Shown: positions 40,167 to 52,255 of the stretch, piece by piece
How positions within the stretch are numbered: position 1 is the stretch's first letter
Layout: each line of letters begins with the position of its first letter
Assembly (NCBI RefSeq): GCF_001194135.2
Contig: NC_069000.1
Span: forward strand, 26,361,781 to 26,425,780
Source of the DNA: Octopus bimaculoides
Taxonomy: Eukaryota
Direction: 5' to 3'
DNA length: 64,000 nucleotides
Program-made: the position numbers and the translations under genes
The notes under the pieces: generated by a model
Database searches by the model: none
What the model was told of the DNA's origin: nothing
The model's input: only the letters and a program-made list of their open reading frames with translations

Positions 40167-40789
40167 AAAATAAACAAGTTGCACTTCTGACAGAAGTCAA
40201 ATCTCAAAATGGGAGATGTTATGGCGAGAATCATGACACCCCCTGTGAGAATGGACTAGCCGAACTCGTATAAGTAACAGCATCCTTGATTGAGAGAAAG
40301 AGACGTGAAATTGCAGAAAGTCGAAAGGTGTAGTTTGTGAGTTCATGGAGTCACAGGAAATTGTTATAGTTCGTTGAGAGTTGTTTTGGATTGGTTACAG
40401 TTGTTGGCAGAGTATCTAGGAAAACAAGTGGAGACAGTTGGTGGCTACTCTGTTCCGGGGTACTATATATGACTGTATTAGTGCACAGCACTAAGGTGAC
40501 ATATACAGAAACCACGTTATATGAGGCAGAAATTGCATGGATCCAACAAATTGGCTTGCTGAAGCTTACTTCTATTGCATACCAACTTCCTGCATTCCAA
40601 GGATGGGATTTTTTTATCACTGAGGTTTACTCCACTAAGTATGTTTCGTCCAGGACTGTTTATTTTTATATTCACAGCTAACCATCATATCTGAAGGCTT
40701 TCCCCTACCTGCCACTTAGGGACCCAGTGGATGGAAGTTTTCTCTCCATGTATACATATATGTATACACACACACATACATTTGGCTCT

Positions 40790-42960
40790 TTACGCCGTGA
40801 CAGAGTCTAAGCAGTGGAGAATGTCTTAAGTACTCAAATTTCTTCCTGCAGCTGCTCTCATGGCTGATCCTTCCTATGTTTGATGAGCAAGTTCTGCTGC
40901 AAAATCTGCAAGCAAAGAAGTTGTGTTGTCTTTCCTTTTTTTGGCATTTTGCTTTGAGGGCCAGAATGTTTTTCTTCCTCAAGCTGTTTGGCTCCTTTGC
41001 TCATTGAGGTCTTCCATGTTGTTCTGTCCTCAGCTAACTTTTCCCAAGTCTTTGCATCAATGTGGCACTTGGTGAGGCTGCCCTTACATTTCTCCTAAAA
41101 TCTTAGCTTTGGTCATTATCTGGATCTACTACTCTGAGCCAAATCATTGTATAACAACTGTTTGGGAATTCTGTTGCATCCATTTTCTTCACATGTCCAA
41201 GCCATCTTTGGAACAGAATAGCTATCATGCTCAGAAGTGCTGCCTGTTGCAAGAGTTCTGTGTTGGTTCCTATGTCTTGCCAGGTGATGCCAAGAATCTT
41301 GTACAGGCATCTCTGATGAAAGACATTGAGTCTCTTCTCTTGTCCTGTGTATAGTGTACAGTCTGTGATCCACAGAGGAGGGTGCTCAGTATGTATGCTC
41401 TATAAACCCTTATTTTGGTTTTTACTGTGAGCATCTTGTTGTCCCATGCTCTTCTGCTAAGTCTATCAAAGGTTGTAGTAGCTTTTCCTATTCTGACATT
41501 CACTGGAATGTCAGGATAGGAAAAGCTACTACCTCTAAGGAGGTTGTTGAAGTAATTGTAGATCTAAGATAGCAGAATTTCTTTACAACCTCAAAAGGCT
41601 TGTGGTCCAGCATGGTTTTGCCTTGAGTTGTGCCATCTTGTGTCATGACAGTCTTTTTGATGCTAATTAGAAGAGAAAATGCTCTGCAGGCTTGTGAAAA
41701 GTGCTCCTTCATTATCTGTAAAGCTGACGCACTGTGAGCAACCAGTGTTGCGTCATCTGCAAAGAAGAGGTCTCCTTGGCTTTTGCTCCAAGGTGTGCAA
41801 GATTGGAAAGGAACCCATCAGTTCTCCAGTGAAGGTAGATATCTGCAGGAGATTCCTTGAAGGTAAACTGCAACAGTACGGCAAAGAAGATACTGAAAAA
41901 AGTTGATGCCAAAGCACAACCCTGTTTAACTGCGCTTTTGACCTCAAAGCTGTCTGATGTAGAACCATCGAAATAAACTGTGGCTTTCATATCTTCACGG
42001 AAGGACATGATGAGTTGGTGGCTATCTAATCTTGTGAAGTACCATGTACAATCCTGATCTACAGACTGTATCAAATGCCTTAGGTCTACAAATGTCACAT
42101 GTAGGAGTTGACTTTCTTTGTGACACTTTTCTTGGAGTTGTCAAAGAGGAAATATGTCCATTGTTGAGCATTCTGATCTGAAGCAGCACCACTGATTTTC
42201 TGGAAGAACTCTAACTTCTGTAGGTGCCTTTCCTATAATACACAGTAATGAAACACCTCTGTAGTTGTTGCAATTTCCCTTGTCCTTATACAAGGTCATT
42301 ATATTGGCATCTCTCATGTCTTGTGGGACCTCACCAAGCTTCCAACAGAGAATCAAGAGATTGAACATATGAAGGAGAACGGTGTCCTTGTTCTCTTTCA
42401 GTATTTCTGCTGGTATATTGTCATTGCTGGGAGACTTTCCATTAGTAAGCTTATTAATGGCTTTCACCAGTTCCTCCTGGGTGGACTCTTTGTCAAGTTC
42501 TATCATTTATGAAAGTTGGGGAATTATTTCCTGCAGGATTTCATCCACTGATTGGTCTTGTGAGTAGAGGCATGAGTAATGTTCAATCCATTTCTCCATC
42601 CGCTGGTGTTTATCTGTGATTTGCTCCCTTGATAAGGATTTTAGCAGTGCTACTTTGTTGATCTGTTGGTGCAAAAGCAATTAGGATCTTCCCATACATC
42701 CTTATTTCACCAGTTTCAGAAGCCCTCTAAATGTCAGCAAAAAGATTTGTGTTGGTAGTTTTATGCCTCCATTTGAAGTGTGGACTTTGTAGCTTGTAGT
42801 TTAGCTACTACAAAGCACAATGTGATGGGGTCTTGTCATATGCCAGTAGTGCAGCTCGTTTTCCTTAATCAGTGGCATCAGTGTTGATGCATTGGCCTCA
42901 GTCCAGTCTGTCCAAGATACTTTGGTTGCACCAAACACTTGTGAGACTGAATCATATATA
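40790..42960 (-). mobile_element. RTE-BovB-like LINE fragment (RT plus C-terminal zinc finger), frameshifted
   Basis: AINKLTNGKSP..DNIPAEILK..DMRDANIMTLYKDKG-NCNNYRGVSLLCIIGK; FEVKSAVKQGCALASTFFSIFF; RIGKATTTFDRL; CRFCSRTCSSNIGRISHESSC. Confidence 0.88.
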
Positions 42961-43177
42961 TATGAATATATAACCAGTGAAAGAAATATATTCATCTCAT
43001 AACTCCTGACTTTGTTTATATTCTATATGCTCCTAATGAAATAATCATTACACCCCTATGATTAGGTTTACTATGCTGTTTGTAGCCTGGTCCACTAAAG
43101 GAGCTTTTTTGTGAGTACCACTGGATCAGATAAATCCATATATTGTGCATTAAACATATAAAGATACACATTCACAA

Positions 43178-43760
43178 TCATCATCATTGCTTAATGTCCA
43201 TCCTCCATGGACGGTTGACAGGAGCTGGTCAGGTAGAAAACTACCCCAGGCTGTTGTGTCTGTTTTGGCAGGGTCTTTTGGCTGGATGCCCTTCCTAAGA
43301 CCAACCATTCTGCAGAATGGACTCAGTGCTTTTTATGTGGCACTAGCACAGGCGAGGTTAGTTTGGGTATGATTTTTACAGCTGGATGCCCTTCCAAATG
43401 CCAACTATTTCACAGTGTGAACTGGATGCTTTTTACATGGCACCAGCACTGGCTGGGTCGCCAAGTTCCAAAACAAGGAATTTTGAGAGGGGCATTTGAG
43501 GAGAGGAACTTGTGTCCGAGGATGAAAGGTTAGAATGTGACAGAGACAGAAACAGGTCTCTTGCTGTAACAGAGGGGTATTGGAGGAGGCGATCTAGTAT
43601 TATATGATGAAAGATTAGATTGTGACAGAGAAATAGAGGAGCAGAAATAGATGTCTTGCTATAGAGGATGTACATGGTTACTATGAAAGAGATGAAAAAG
43701 GGAGAGAGAGGAAGAAAGAGAGAAAAAATGTTTGCTGATGTAAAGGTGATACCTAGTCAG
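43178..43760 (-). mobile_element. RTE 3'UTR/tail fragment
   Basis: catcatcattgcttaatgtccatcctccatgg..ttttacagctggatgcccttccaaatgccaac; purine-rich continuation matches 28800-28870 in reverse. Confidence 0.7.
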
Positions 43761-44717
43761 AGAAAAAACAAGAGGAGAGAGAGTGATCAAGAACGAGGGT
43801 AGAAATAGGTGTGCTGCTGTAGAGGAGATACATAGCCATCCAGCCAGAGGGAAAAGCAAAGGAAAGAGAGAGAGTAGGAAACAGCAAAAGTGTAGGAGAG
43901 AGACGGTAAAGTGCCAGGGTATGCTCACAAGTAACAAGGATCAGAGCATAGATGTGATGGAAGAGAGAAGTACGAAGGTCGTAATATACGTGGTCAGGTA
44001 TTGCCAAGAATGTGCAAGTAGAGAGTGGGGATTGCGGTGGCTGGTGAACACGCAGTCCTTCAGGTCGAAGACTAAAACTGGTCCGAAAACAAATGTTTGG
44101 ATTTGGCCATTTCAGTTTTAGCATACTTGATGACGGGATTTATTTTTAATTCACGTTCGTCGTATTTTAGCTAATAAACAAATTATATCCAAAGTTTTTT
44201 TTAGATTTTTTTTTTTTTAGCGAAGAATACGAAGGCATTGTGTGAAATGCCAGCTGTTTCACTCCTTTTAATACTTTCGTTAAAACTATTGTTGCATCTG
44301 TCTACGACACGGTCCCGTCTTATTTCATTTATACTATTTCTATTATGGGGAAAAAAGAATAGACTATCGCATTTCACTTTCTATATTTACCCAGAGGAGG
44401 TTATGTTATTCCCAGTTAAATAAAAGAAAATCATTATGCGTTGTCAGGCATAGTTTTATGTCCCAATCGGAACTGCATGATCTTTGTCATGTAAATCATG
44501 CTAGCACTCTTAGACACTAGAAAAAGTTATGAATCGTTACAAGACATCGTTTCTCATAAATATAAAAATAAAATAATCCAACCGAAAAACACATGGGAAA
44601 AAAAGGGAATACTTCAAACATACAGGGCAGGTGAATTCTGGAGAAGTTAAACATTTTAAGACTTAAATAAAATATATCAAAAGAATATAAGATAAATGAA
44701 ACAGAACTATATCCAAC

Positions 44718-44725
44718 CTTGTCAT
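44718..44725 (-). CDS. NAA50: NAA50 coding exon 1 (ATG ACA AG; M-T-R split codon)
   Basis: Minus strand reads cagtcATGACAAG|gttgga. The phase-2 end joins exon 2 (AG|G = Arg) to give MTRGRIELGD, like the MTR start of Drosophila San. It lies directly below a CpG-rich promoter-like region. The donor GTTGGA is non-optimal and the exon is only 8 nt, so this assignment is partly inference. Confidence 0.8.
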
Positions 44726-44900
44726 GACTGGGGCCTTGGTAGGTATGTTTTAAAAAGTAAAGTTGAAATTTCGCTCGAAAGACACGACTAAAAAGATTTT
44801 GCACACATTCCCGCCTCGTTTCCGGATATAACAGGAAGTTGATATGCGCATGACTTCTGGGGATTTCGGTCGCCCTCAACAAGCTGCATGTAACTAACAC
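44726..44900 (-). promoter_or_regulatory. NAA50 5'UTR and core promoter, CpG-rich housekeeping type
   Basis: Local CpG enrichment in an AT-rich background. E2F-like TTCCCGCC (44808-44815), palindrome TTTCGCTCGAAA (44769-44780), ETS-like TTCCGG and CAGGAAGT (44819-44839), NRF1-like TGCGCATG (44845-44852). Motif identities are inferred from consensus resemblance only. Confidence 0.65.
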
Positions 44901-45049
44901 GATCTTTTACTATACAACACTCACTCTCTCTTTCTTTTGTCGCAAGGCCAGTAAGTTAGGAGGAGGGAGTAAATTAACAGGCGGAGGTAAAGATCATGGA
45001 CCGCACCTCCTTTGGGATTTTTTTTTGTTTTGTTTTTACAGGAACACAC

Positions 45050-46150
45050 TATATCGAGGGCGGAGATTCCGAATCTGCAAAAAAAAAAAAAATCTGCATT
45101 TCAAAATTTAAATTCCCCCTCCCCCCAATTTCTTATATTTTCACTTAAAAAAAAATTTTTTCGCAAAATACGGAGATTATAATTCTGAAAAAAAAAAATT
45201 TTGTAAAATTTTAATTTTTCAAAAAAAAAAAAATAGATAGATAAATAAAAACCCGCCTCCCCTCCGCCCTATGACAAGAAGTGAAATTAAAGTTTTCTCT
45301 CTCCTAATGTTTCATGAGGNNNNNNNNNNNNNNNNNNNNNNNNNNNNNNNNNNNNNNNNNNNNNNNNNNNNNNNNNNNNNNNNNNNNNNNNNNNNNNNNN
45401 NNNNNNNNNNNNNNNNNNNNNNNNNNNNNNNNNNNNNNNNNNNNNNNNNNNNNNNNNNNNNNNNNNNNNNNNNNNNNNNNNNNNNNNNNNNNNNNNNNNN
45501 NNNNNNNNNNNNNNNNNNNNNNNNNNNNNNNNNNNNNNNNNNNNNNNNNNNNNNNNNNNNNNNNNNNNNNNNNNNNNNNNNNNNNNNNNNNNNNNNNNNN
45601 NNNNNNNNNNNNNNNNNNNNNNNNNNNNNNNNNNNNNNNNNNNNNNNNNNNNNNNNNNNNNNNNNNNNNNNNNNNNNNNNNNNNNNNNNNNNNNNNNNNN
45701 NNNNNNNNNNNNNNNNNNNNNNNNNNNNNNNNNNNNNNNNNNNNNNNNNNNNNNNNNNNNNNNNNNNNNNNNNNNNNNNNNNNNNNNNNNNNNNTTACGG
45801 AAAAATATGGACATCATGATTCGGACAAAAATTTCAAAACATTTCTGTACTTCAGCTTACGGTTTTAGGGTTAGGGTTAGTGTTGGGGAAAAAAGTCAAA
45901 ATTAAGGAAGTTGGGGGAGGGAGGGGAAGTTCACAATGCCGATTTTTGGCAATTTCCCGGAACCTCCGTATCCGAAAACGGGGATTTTTGGCAAAAAAAA
46001 TTACAAAAATATACAAATTTGGGAGAAAATGGGGGAGGGGACGGGCGGAAGTCTTTCCGAAATTTTCTCCAAATGTTTCAGATGGTGTATATTCTGATTA
46101 TATCAAATTTGTTATGAAAAAAATTTTCTGTGAGTGAAACAAATTCACAC
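45050..46150. mobile_element. Foldback/MITE-type element related to 2346-3245, immediately upstream of the NAA50 promoter, with an internal gap
   Basis: GGAGATTCCGAATCTGCAAAAAAA (45062) and GGAGATTATAATTCTGAAAAAAA (45172) modules, TTAGGG array at 45865-45880, G/C-rich tracts. TIRs and TSD could not be resolved. Confidence 0.55.
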
Positions 46151-46220
46151 GTGTCAGTTTTGTTTCCTCACAACTTTAAGAAAAATAGGCTTTTTTAATG
46201 AAATTTTCTACAAATATTTT

Positions 46221-46620
46221 TCTGGTTTAGAGATACTAGAAAAGTAAATAAAAATTAAGGGGAAGATAACTAGTAAAGGGACATAAATAAGTCAACTTAC
46301 TGTTAAACAACAAATACTGTAGTAAGGTAACATGGCGAATTACTATTTTCGCATGTGTATAAATTCATAATTAGTTGACGCCGTGCCAACTACTGAAGAA
46401 TTTTGTCTCATGATTCAGCTAGTTGGGTGATATTCCAAGATTGAATCACGGTTGAGGATTTCAATTTCAGGAATGATGAATTGCTGTCCTGCCGGCCTTC
46501 CACATGCCATTCTGATCAATTCCAAAGTAAATAATGTCTAGTATTTATGTTGACATATGTCCCTTTACTAGTTATCTCCCCCTTGATTTTTATTTACTTT
46601 TTTAATATCCCTAAACTGAA
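46221..46620. mobile_element. MITE with about 70-bp terminal inverted repeats
   Basis: Left tttagagatactagaaaagtaaataaaaattaaggggaagataactagtaaagggacata; right tatgtccctttactagttatctcccccttgatttttatttacttttttaatatccctaaa. No TSD found. Confidence 0.8.
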
Positions 46621-46621
46621 C

Positions 46622-46840
46622 GATTCTTTTGTACTCTAGGCGCAAGGCCCGAAATTTTGGGGGAGGGGCCTAGTCCATTCAATTGACCCTAGTATGCAAC
46701 TGGTATTTAATTTATTGACCCTGAAAGGATGAAAGGCAAAGTCGACCTTGGCGGAATTTGAACTCAGAATGTAAAGACAGACCAAATACCACTAAGCATT
46801 TCGTCTGGCTTGCTAACATTTCTGCCAGCTCACCGCCTTC
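46622..46840 (-). mobile_element. SINE family A, full length
   Basis: gaccctgaaaggatgaaaggcaaagtcgaccttggcggaatttgaactcagaatg..ctgccagctcaccgcctt. Confidence 0.9.
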
Positions 46841-48019
46841 CTAAACTGAACAATTACCAAAGAAAAATAGTGAGCACACACACATACATACTGACAAAAG
46901 AATATTTTTTGAAATTTCAAGTTTCACTTTGTAGATATGTAGTGAATCTTGCATGCATGAAGTGGATTCGATCCACTATACCCAAATTTAAATTAACACT
47001 GCGTCAGAACTTTTCCCACGGTGGAACAATGGTTTTGATCTGACAGCAGTTTAATATTTTCCAGATGCCTTTAGCTAGGCCGAAACAATGTCTTCACCAC
47101 TTGACCCTTTCTAACCTCTTCTACTCCATCAAAATCTAAAATAGAAATAACAAGACCACCAGCTAAATCCATTGTTCTCAGTAATATATCTATCCTTCTA
47201 GATAGCTATAAAAACAGGAGACCCNNNNNNNNNNTCACAAGCAGTCAGCCACTAAAAGACAAACGACCAGAGGGAGAAAGAAGTTTACAACCAGCCAACT
47301 ATGAGACACAACTTCCCTTGACTCTATAACTATCACTAGCTCGCATCCTTTTCTCGGTAACATTACCCTATCTTTATCTATATATACTACTATGAGAAAG
47401 TGTACGTACATATACAGGCCGAAATCAACTTTCTTTACCTTGCATGCTTTACGTACAAACTGTTATACTATTACACTAATCTACCCGTCGTGGTATGGCA
47501 TTTATTAGAGTAGCGGTAAATAAATATTTCTATAAAAATTTCGATCACTCTTCATCGTTCATCTTATAACCTGTTACAATTGGTAAATAATACTTATCGT
47601 TACAATTGGTGACACATCGACTACACAACACAAAACCATTAATCGTTACAATTGGTAATCTCTGACTTTAACATTTCGATACCATTACAGATATATATGG
47701 GATACGTGGCAGCATGTATTTGCACGAGCCCACTAAATTTATTTTTTCATATCAAATTCTGATATAATCGCAATCTAAACACTCTGAAAGGTATTTATAG
47801 ATAATTTCAGAAAAAATTACGCTTTTTCTGAAAGTTATGAGTAAAGAAAGCCATCTCGTGTGAATTTTCTGAAACTTCTCACCCCACTCTCAGAAAAAAA
47901 AAACTTTTTCACCACATATTCCAATATAATCAGAATTTACACCATGTGGAGCATATTTGTTGAGAATTTTAGAAAAAAAATATCCATTTTTCTGAAAGTT
48001 ATGAGGCAACAAAGTTGTG

Positions 48020-51000
48020 GGGCATATGAGGAGGTATGTCAATTTGTGGTAGTCCCTCATTCTGCAATTTCATGCTGAACAACCTGTGCAGATGATTTGT
48101 TTATAAGTGATGCCTCCAACAATTGACATCGGTTGTACAGGTACACAGTATGCCCACATGTCAGGGATTTGGTCTACATATTTGCTTCTCTTGATATCAT
48201 TCCAAGGGCTCCAATCATAAGTAATGTTGTTACTTCAACATTCCACATTCTTCTGATTTCAATCTCCTGGTCCTTATATTTGCTTGGTTTTTCAAACATT
48301 TTCAGAGATGTGTTTTTGTCAGCTGGGGATGCAACATCAATCAGAAGACAAGTCTTTACAATGTGATTTTTCACTATGAGATCTGGTCAGTTTGCCTGTA
48401 TTTCCCAATCAGTCTGAACACTGAAATTCCAAACGATGGTAACCTCAGCATCCTGGACACATTGTGGTGACTTGTGTTCCCACCAACTGTTTTAGTGAGG
48501 AAGGTTGTATGTGCAGCATATTGACCAATGTATGTATTGAACTGTCCTATCATGTTTGCAAGTGTTCTGTTGGTGCCAGTTTGCTGCATCCAGAGATTAT
48601 GTGGATGATTGTCTCTGGATGCTCTCCGTATATGCAGCATGATGGGCTGCTTTCATGTTTCAAGACATTACTCTGGTAATTCCCAGTTGGAAGGGACTAG
48701 TCCTGAACAGCAATGATATACTTCTCAGTTTCTGGTTTTAGACCAGAGTATAACAGCCACTGATGAGTAAGAATTTGATTTACATCAGGTATTTATTTAC
48801 TTTGTGGTAATTTTTGCTTCCATTTCTCCTTAATATATTGGAGGCTGGGTTGTTTGAAAATGTTTTTTTATTTATTTTGTCTTATCAGTTGGCGACACAT
48901 TTTCTTTGGTTACTGGTTCGACTATTTGGATTTCTCAGAGGTATATTTTTGCATTTTTTTATCACTGCGTACAACTTTTTACTATCTTGATGTTTCAGAA
49001 CCAGCTTTAACATCTGATCATTTACTTGTTGCAGGTAGGGAGAAAATCCCATGGTTGTAATTTTCAATGAGAATTGAGATTGTATTAAGCTCCAACCACC
49101 TTCTTTTCTCAGGAGGGATATTCAGTCTGTCTGCTTTTGGGTGATGCATACAATGCATTGTCATCAGCTTTTGCATTTTGGCATCAACCTTATTGATTTC
49201 AGATATAACATTAAAGCTGTATGTGATTACAGGCATGGCCAGCATGTTCACAGCCTCAATTTTGTTTCTGACATTGAGCTAGGTTTTAAAATGGCTCTTA
49301 CTCTTCAGTAGCACTCCTTCTTATCTCTTCTCTCATTAGTAAGTGCTTAATCTCATATTCTTCACATACTCCTAAATACCTATAACTGTCCTGAGGTTCT
49401 AATTCTTTTATTTCAATGTCTCTATCTTGGGTGTTGTTGCATGTGTTTGCTAGTTTTCCTTTGGTAAATGTAGCCTCGGCACATTTGTCAACCCCAAATT
49501 TCATTTTGACATCATCACTAAATTGTTTGAGTGTGTATATGAGTGCTTGCAGTTGTTGATCATTTTTTGCAAACTGTTTCAAATCATCCATATTAGAGAC
49601 GATGATTAAATGTTTCTCCATACACCTGTATCTTTAATTTGTTTCATTCAGGAGTTTACTTAGAGGAAGCAGTGCTAAGCAGGATAACAAAAGAGATAAT
49701 CAGTCTCCTTGAAAGATTCCACAATTAATATTGAATTAATGTCGTTTTCCAGAACTTTATGGTGTGAGATGCAAAATTCCTGACTACTGGGGAAATTTTA
49801 AACATCTCCAAGGATCGTGTTCTGAGGAAAGTGCTTGAGTTTAAAGTGAATGAACCGTGAAAGTAAGGTCAACCAAAGAAAATGTGGAGGGGACAGGAAG
49901 AGATTGGGAGGGTTAGCTTGAGGAGGGAGGACACCCAAAACTAACTGGACGAGATGGTGTGAGAGCGGTTACTGTAAGAGTGAGGTAGATCCAGCCACCT
50001 CCATTAACGGGGACAAACCTAGATTTAAAATATTGGACATCAATCGTTCCAAGCATTTTCTTATCCAGCTGTGAGGAAGACTATCAAAGGCCTTCTTGTA
50101 GTCTGTCCATGGGATGGAGGGATGTTTTTTCATGTGACAATCTTGAAGAGTCGTTTTGTTAATTTTCAGTTGATCCTTGCATCCATAAGACCTATATTTA
50201 CATCATTTTTTGTTCATCAGAGAGGATGTTGTTAATGAGGAAAACATATGTACATTCCATTAGTGCAGATATAAGGATTTTGTACATTATTGTAAGGCAT
50301 GTTATGCATCTGTCGTGCTTAGTAATTTTTGTTTTATCATTTTGGGGGAGCAAAAAAGTGATACCCTTGGCCAACCATTCTGGGGTTGTCTATAGTTCCT
50401 TTATAATTGCATTGTTAGAACAATTTAGTTTCTTGTGTGAGTTTATAAACACACTGAGCCAATAGTTCGACATTTTATCTATACCAGGTGACTTTCCATT
50501 TACTCAACATTTTCAATGTAAGTCTGACATCTTCAATACTGATATTTGCTCTTCTTCATGCACAATATCTTTTTGTCTTAGTCTATGGGGTATCACAGTT
50601 GAGCTCCTTTTCATCTGTCTAAATTTTACTCCAGAACTCCAATATTTCATGTTCTGAAGGAACTTCTATTTTGATGATGTTCTTTCCAATATGCCTGTGG
50701 AATTACTTTGGATTCTTTTTTAACATGCTGTCATATATAAAGAACCTGGAGTGGTTTTTGAAGTGGCATATACATGCAGTTTTGGCTTGGACTTTTTCTT
50801 TTATCTTTTCTACTACTTCAGCATATTGATTTCTGACTTTAATTCATCTTTTCTTGTTCTTTCTGTTCTTAAATTGTTTTATATTACGATTATTTCTTAA
50901 GTTTTTCAATGTTTCTATGTAAGATTGAAGGGCATCAATTTGTTTCTTTATATTTTTCTTGCCACATTAGATTTTTATGAGGATTTGTCACTCTATTTCT

Positions 51001-51100
51001 CAATTTTACACAACACATTTTGGTTCAAACTGTAGCAGCAACATAGAGTACGTCATTCAAGGATGTAGTATCTAGTTCATTGTTATTGATGATGGATCTG
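48020..51100 (-). mobile_element. R4/Dong-type non-LTR retrotransposon (RT, CCHC, RLE), decayed; may extend to about 52190
   Basis: PEWLAKGITFLLPK..CITCL..MYKIL; GCKDQL..WTDYKKAFDSLPHSWI; MDDLKQFAKND..MKFGVDKC; CLLIDVASPADKN..SKYKDQEIEIRRMW..IGALGMI. Interrupted by an RTE 3' piece at about 49790-50045. Confidence 0.85.
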
Positions 51101-51127
51101 GAGGGCCATGTTCACCTTATTATTACT

Positions 51128-51350
51128 TAAGGTGGTGAGCTGGCAGAATTTTTACCACCTGGACAAAATTCTTAGAAGCATTTCTTCTGACTTTACATTC
51201 TGAGTTCAATTGCTGCCAGGGTCGATTCTGTCATCCTTTTGGGGGTTTATAAAATAAGTACCAGTTGAACACTGGGTTCAGTATATTGAATATGCCCCAA
51301 CCTCAACCCCCAAAATTGTTGACCTTGTGCCAAAATTTGAAGCCATCATT
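51128..51350 (+). mobile_element. SINE family A, full length
   Basis: aaggtggtgagctggcagaa..ctgagttcaattgc..atcctttgggggtttataaaataagtaccag..caaaatttgaagcc. Confidence 0.85.
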
Positions 51351-52255
51351 ATTATCATTAATATAGTCAACTGGCACAGTTAGGAGTATCTTAGGCTTTG
51401 TAGACAATTATTTAATGTCTACAATCTCTCATCAGTGATAAATAAGATGGTGATGTTGACTTGAGATCACATGATTCGAAGGGACGGAATTGATCAGGAG
51501 ATGACAACTCCTGATAGATTATGGTGAAAATTTCTCATTAAAATATTGCTAGTTTATAGATATGTGATTGGTGGGTTGGCCAGTTATCCTATACTTATTT
51601 CTTTATGCTGTGCTTGTATGTGCTTAAGCAGTACTTGTGCATACTTTGTATGCATGCCAGACTGTTATCATTGTTACATATTTGTAGATTATAATCTATC
51701 TATTTTACTCTGAAGGTAGTTGCACTACCTACAATTTCTGATTGGCCAATTATTCTCCCACCTACTTCTATATTGAACTGTTGGTATTCTTGTTTTGAGT
51801 GTTCATATATTGTAGATCCCACTGGTCTAAAAACATATCAATACTTGTTATTGGCTTGCATATGGTTGCTTGATGAGGTGAGGATTATTATATAATCTTA
51901 TGGATGTTGCATGTCTTAACACTATGTTACACCATAATAAATTCTCCTTATGAAACACAGTATTAAGACTATATAATTCATTTGTCTGTTTTTATTATTA
52001 TATTACACCACACTGAAAGTTTCACTTTATTTTAGATACTCTTGGGTTTGTAGATTATCAAACATCAGTGAACTTCCCTTCATTGTTGAACATTTCACTT
52101 ATGGAATGAGTTATCTGTTGATTTGTACCATACTGTCTAGCTATCAAGTGTAGTGTGTTTCATTTTAATAAGCTTTGATCGTCAAATAGATCCCCTTCAA
52201 TCAATATATATGTGTGTGTCTATATATATATATATAGGATCTTTGTGATTTGACG

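Larger units (their letters stand above)
33564..40521 (+). mobile_element. Gypsy LTR retrotransposon 1 (Mag/K02A2.6-like by inference), both LTRs present, decayed, carrying nested insertions
   Basis: 5'LTR 33564-33881, 3'LTR 40217-40521, both TGTTATGG...TTATA and visibly diverged (roughly 80-85% identical by eye). PBS-like TGGCGATGAG at 33886; PPT aaaatgggaga; TSD TGAG on both sides. gag with CCHC knuckle (CFSCQKIGHKSSHC), protease LDTGS, RT, RNase H (DASE), integrase (HTGHPG..DFAGP). Confidence 0.93.
14111..44725 (-). other. NAA50: NAA50 gene span (start codon to stop codon), 5 coding exons, 168 aa GNAT N-alpha-acetyltransferase 50
   Basis: Spliced translation [168 protein letters not shown]. 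All four introns are GT-AG. Exon lengths 8+137+120+67+175=507 nt. Catalytic Y73 and H112 and the RxxGxG acetyl-CoA motif (84-89) fall at the human NAA50 positions (recalled, not aligned). Confidence 0.95.

Noticed and set aside
40575-40660. Hammerhead-like GTCCTGGACGAAAC on the minus strand in the putative RTE 5'UTR
   Set aside because: A stem II-GAAAC half is present but there is no CUGANGA upstream and no stem I.
44738-44750. Plus-strand donor AG|GTATGT overlapping the NAA50 5'UTR
   Set aside because: A single motif with no supporting upstream exon or promoter on that strand; plausible by chance.
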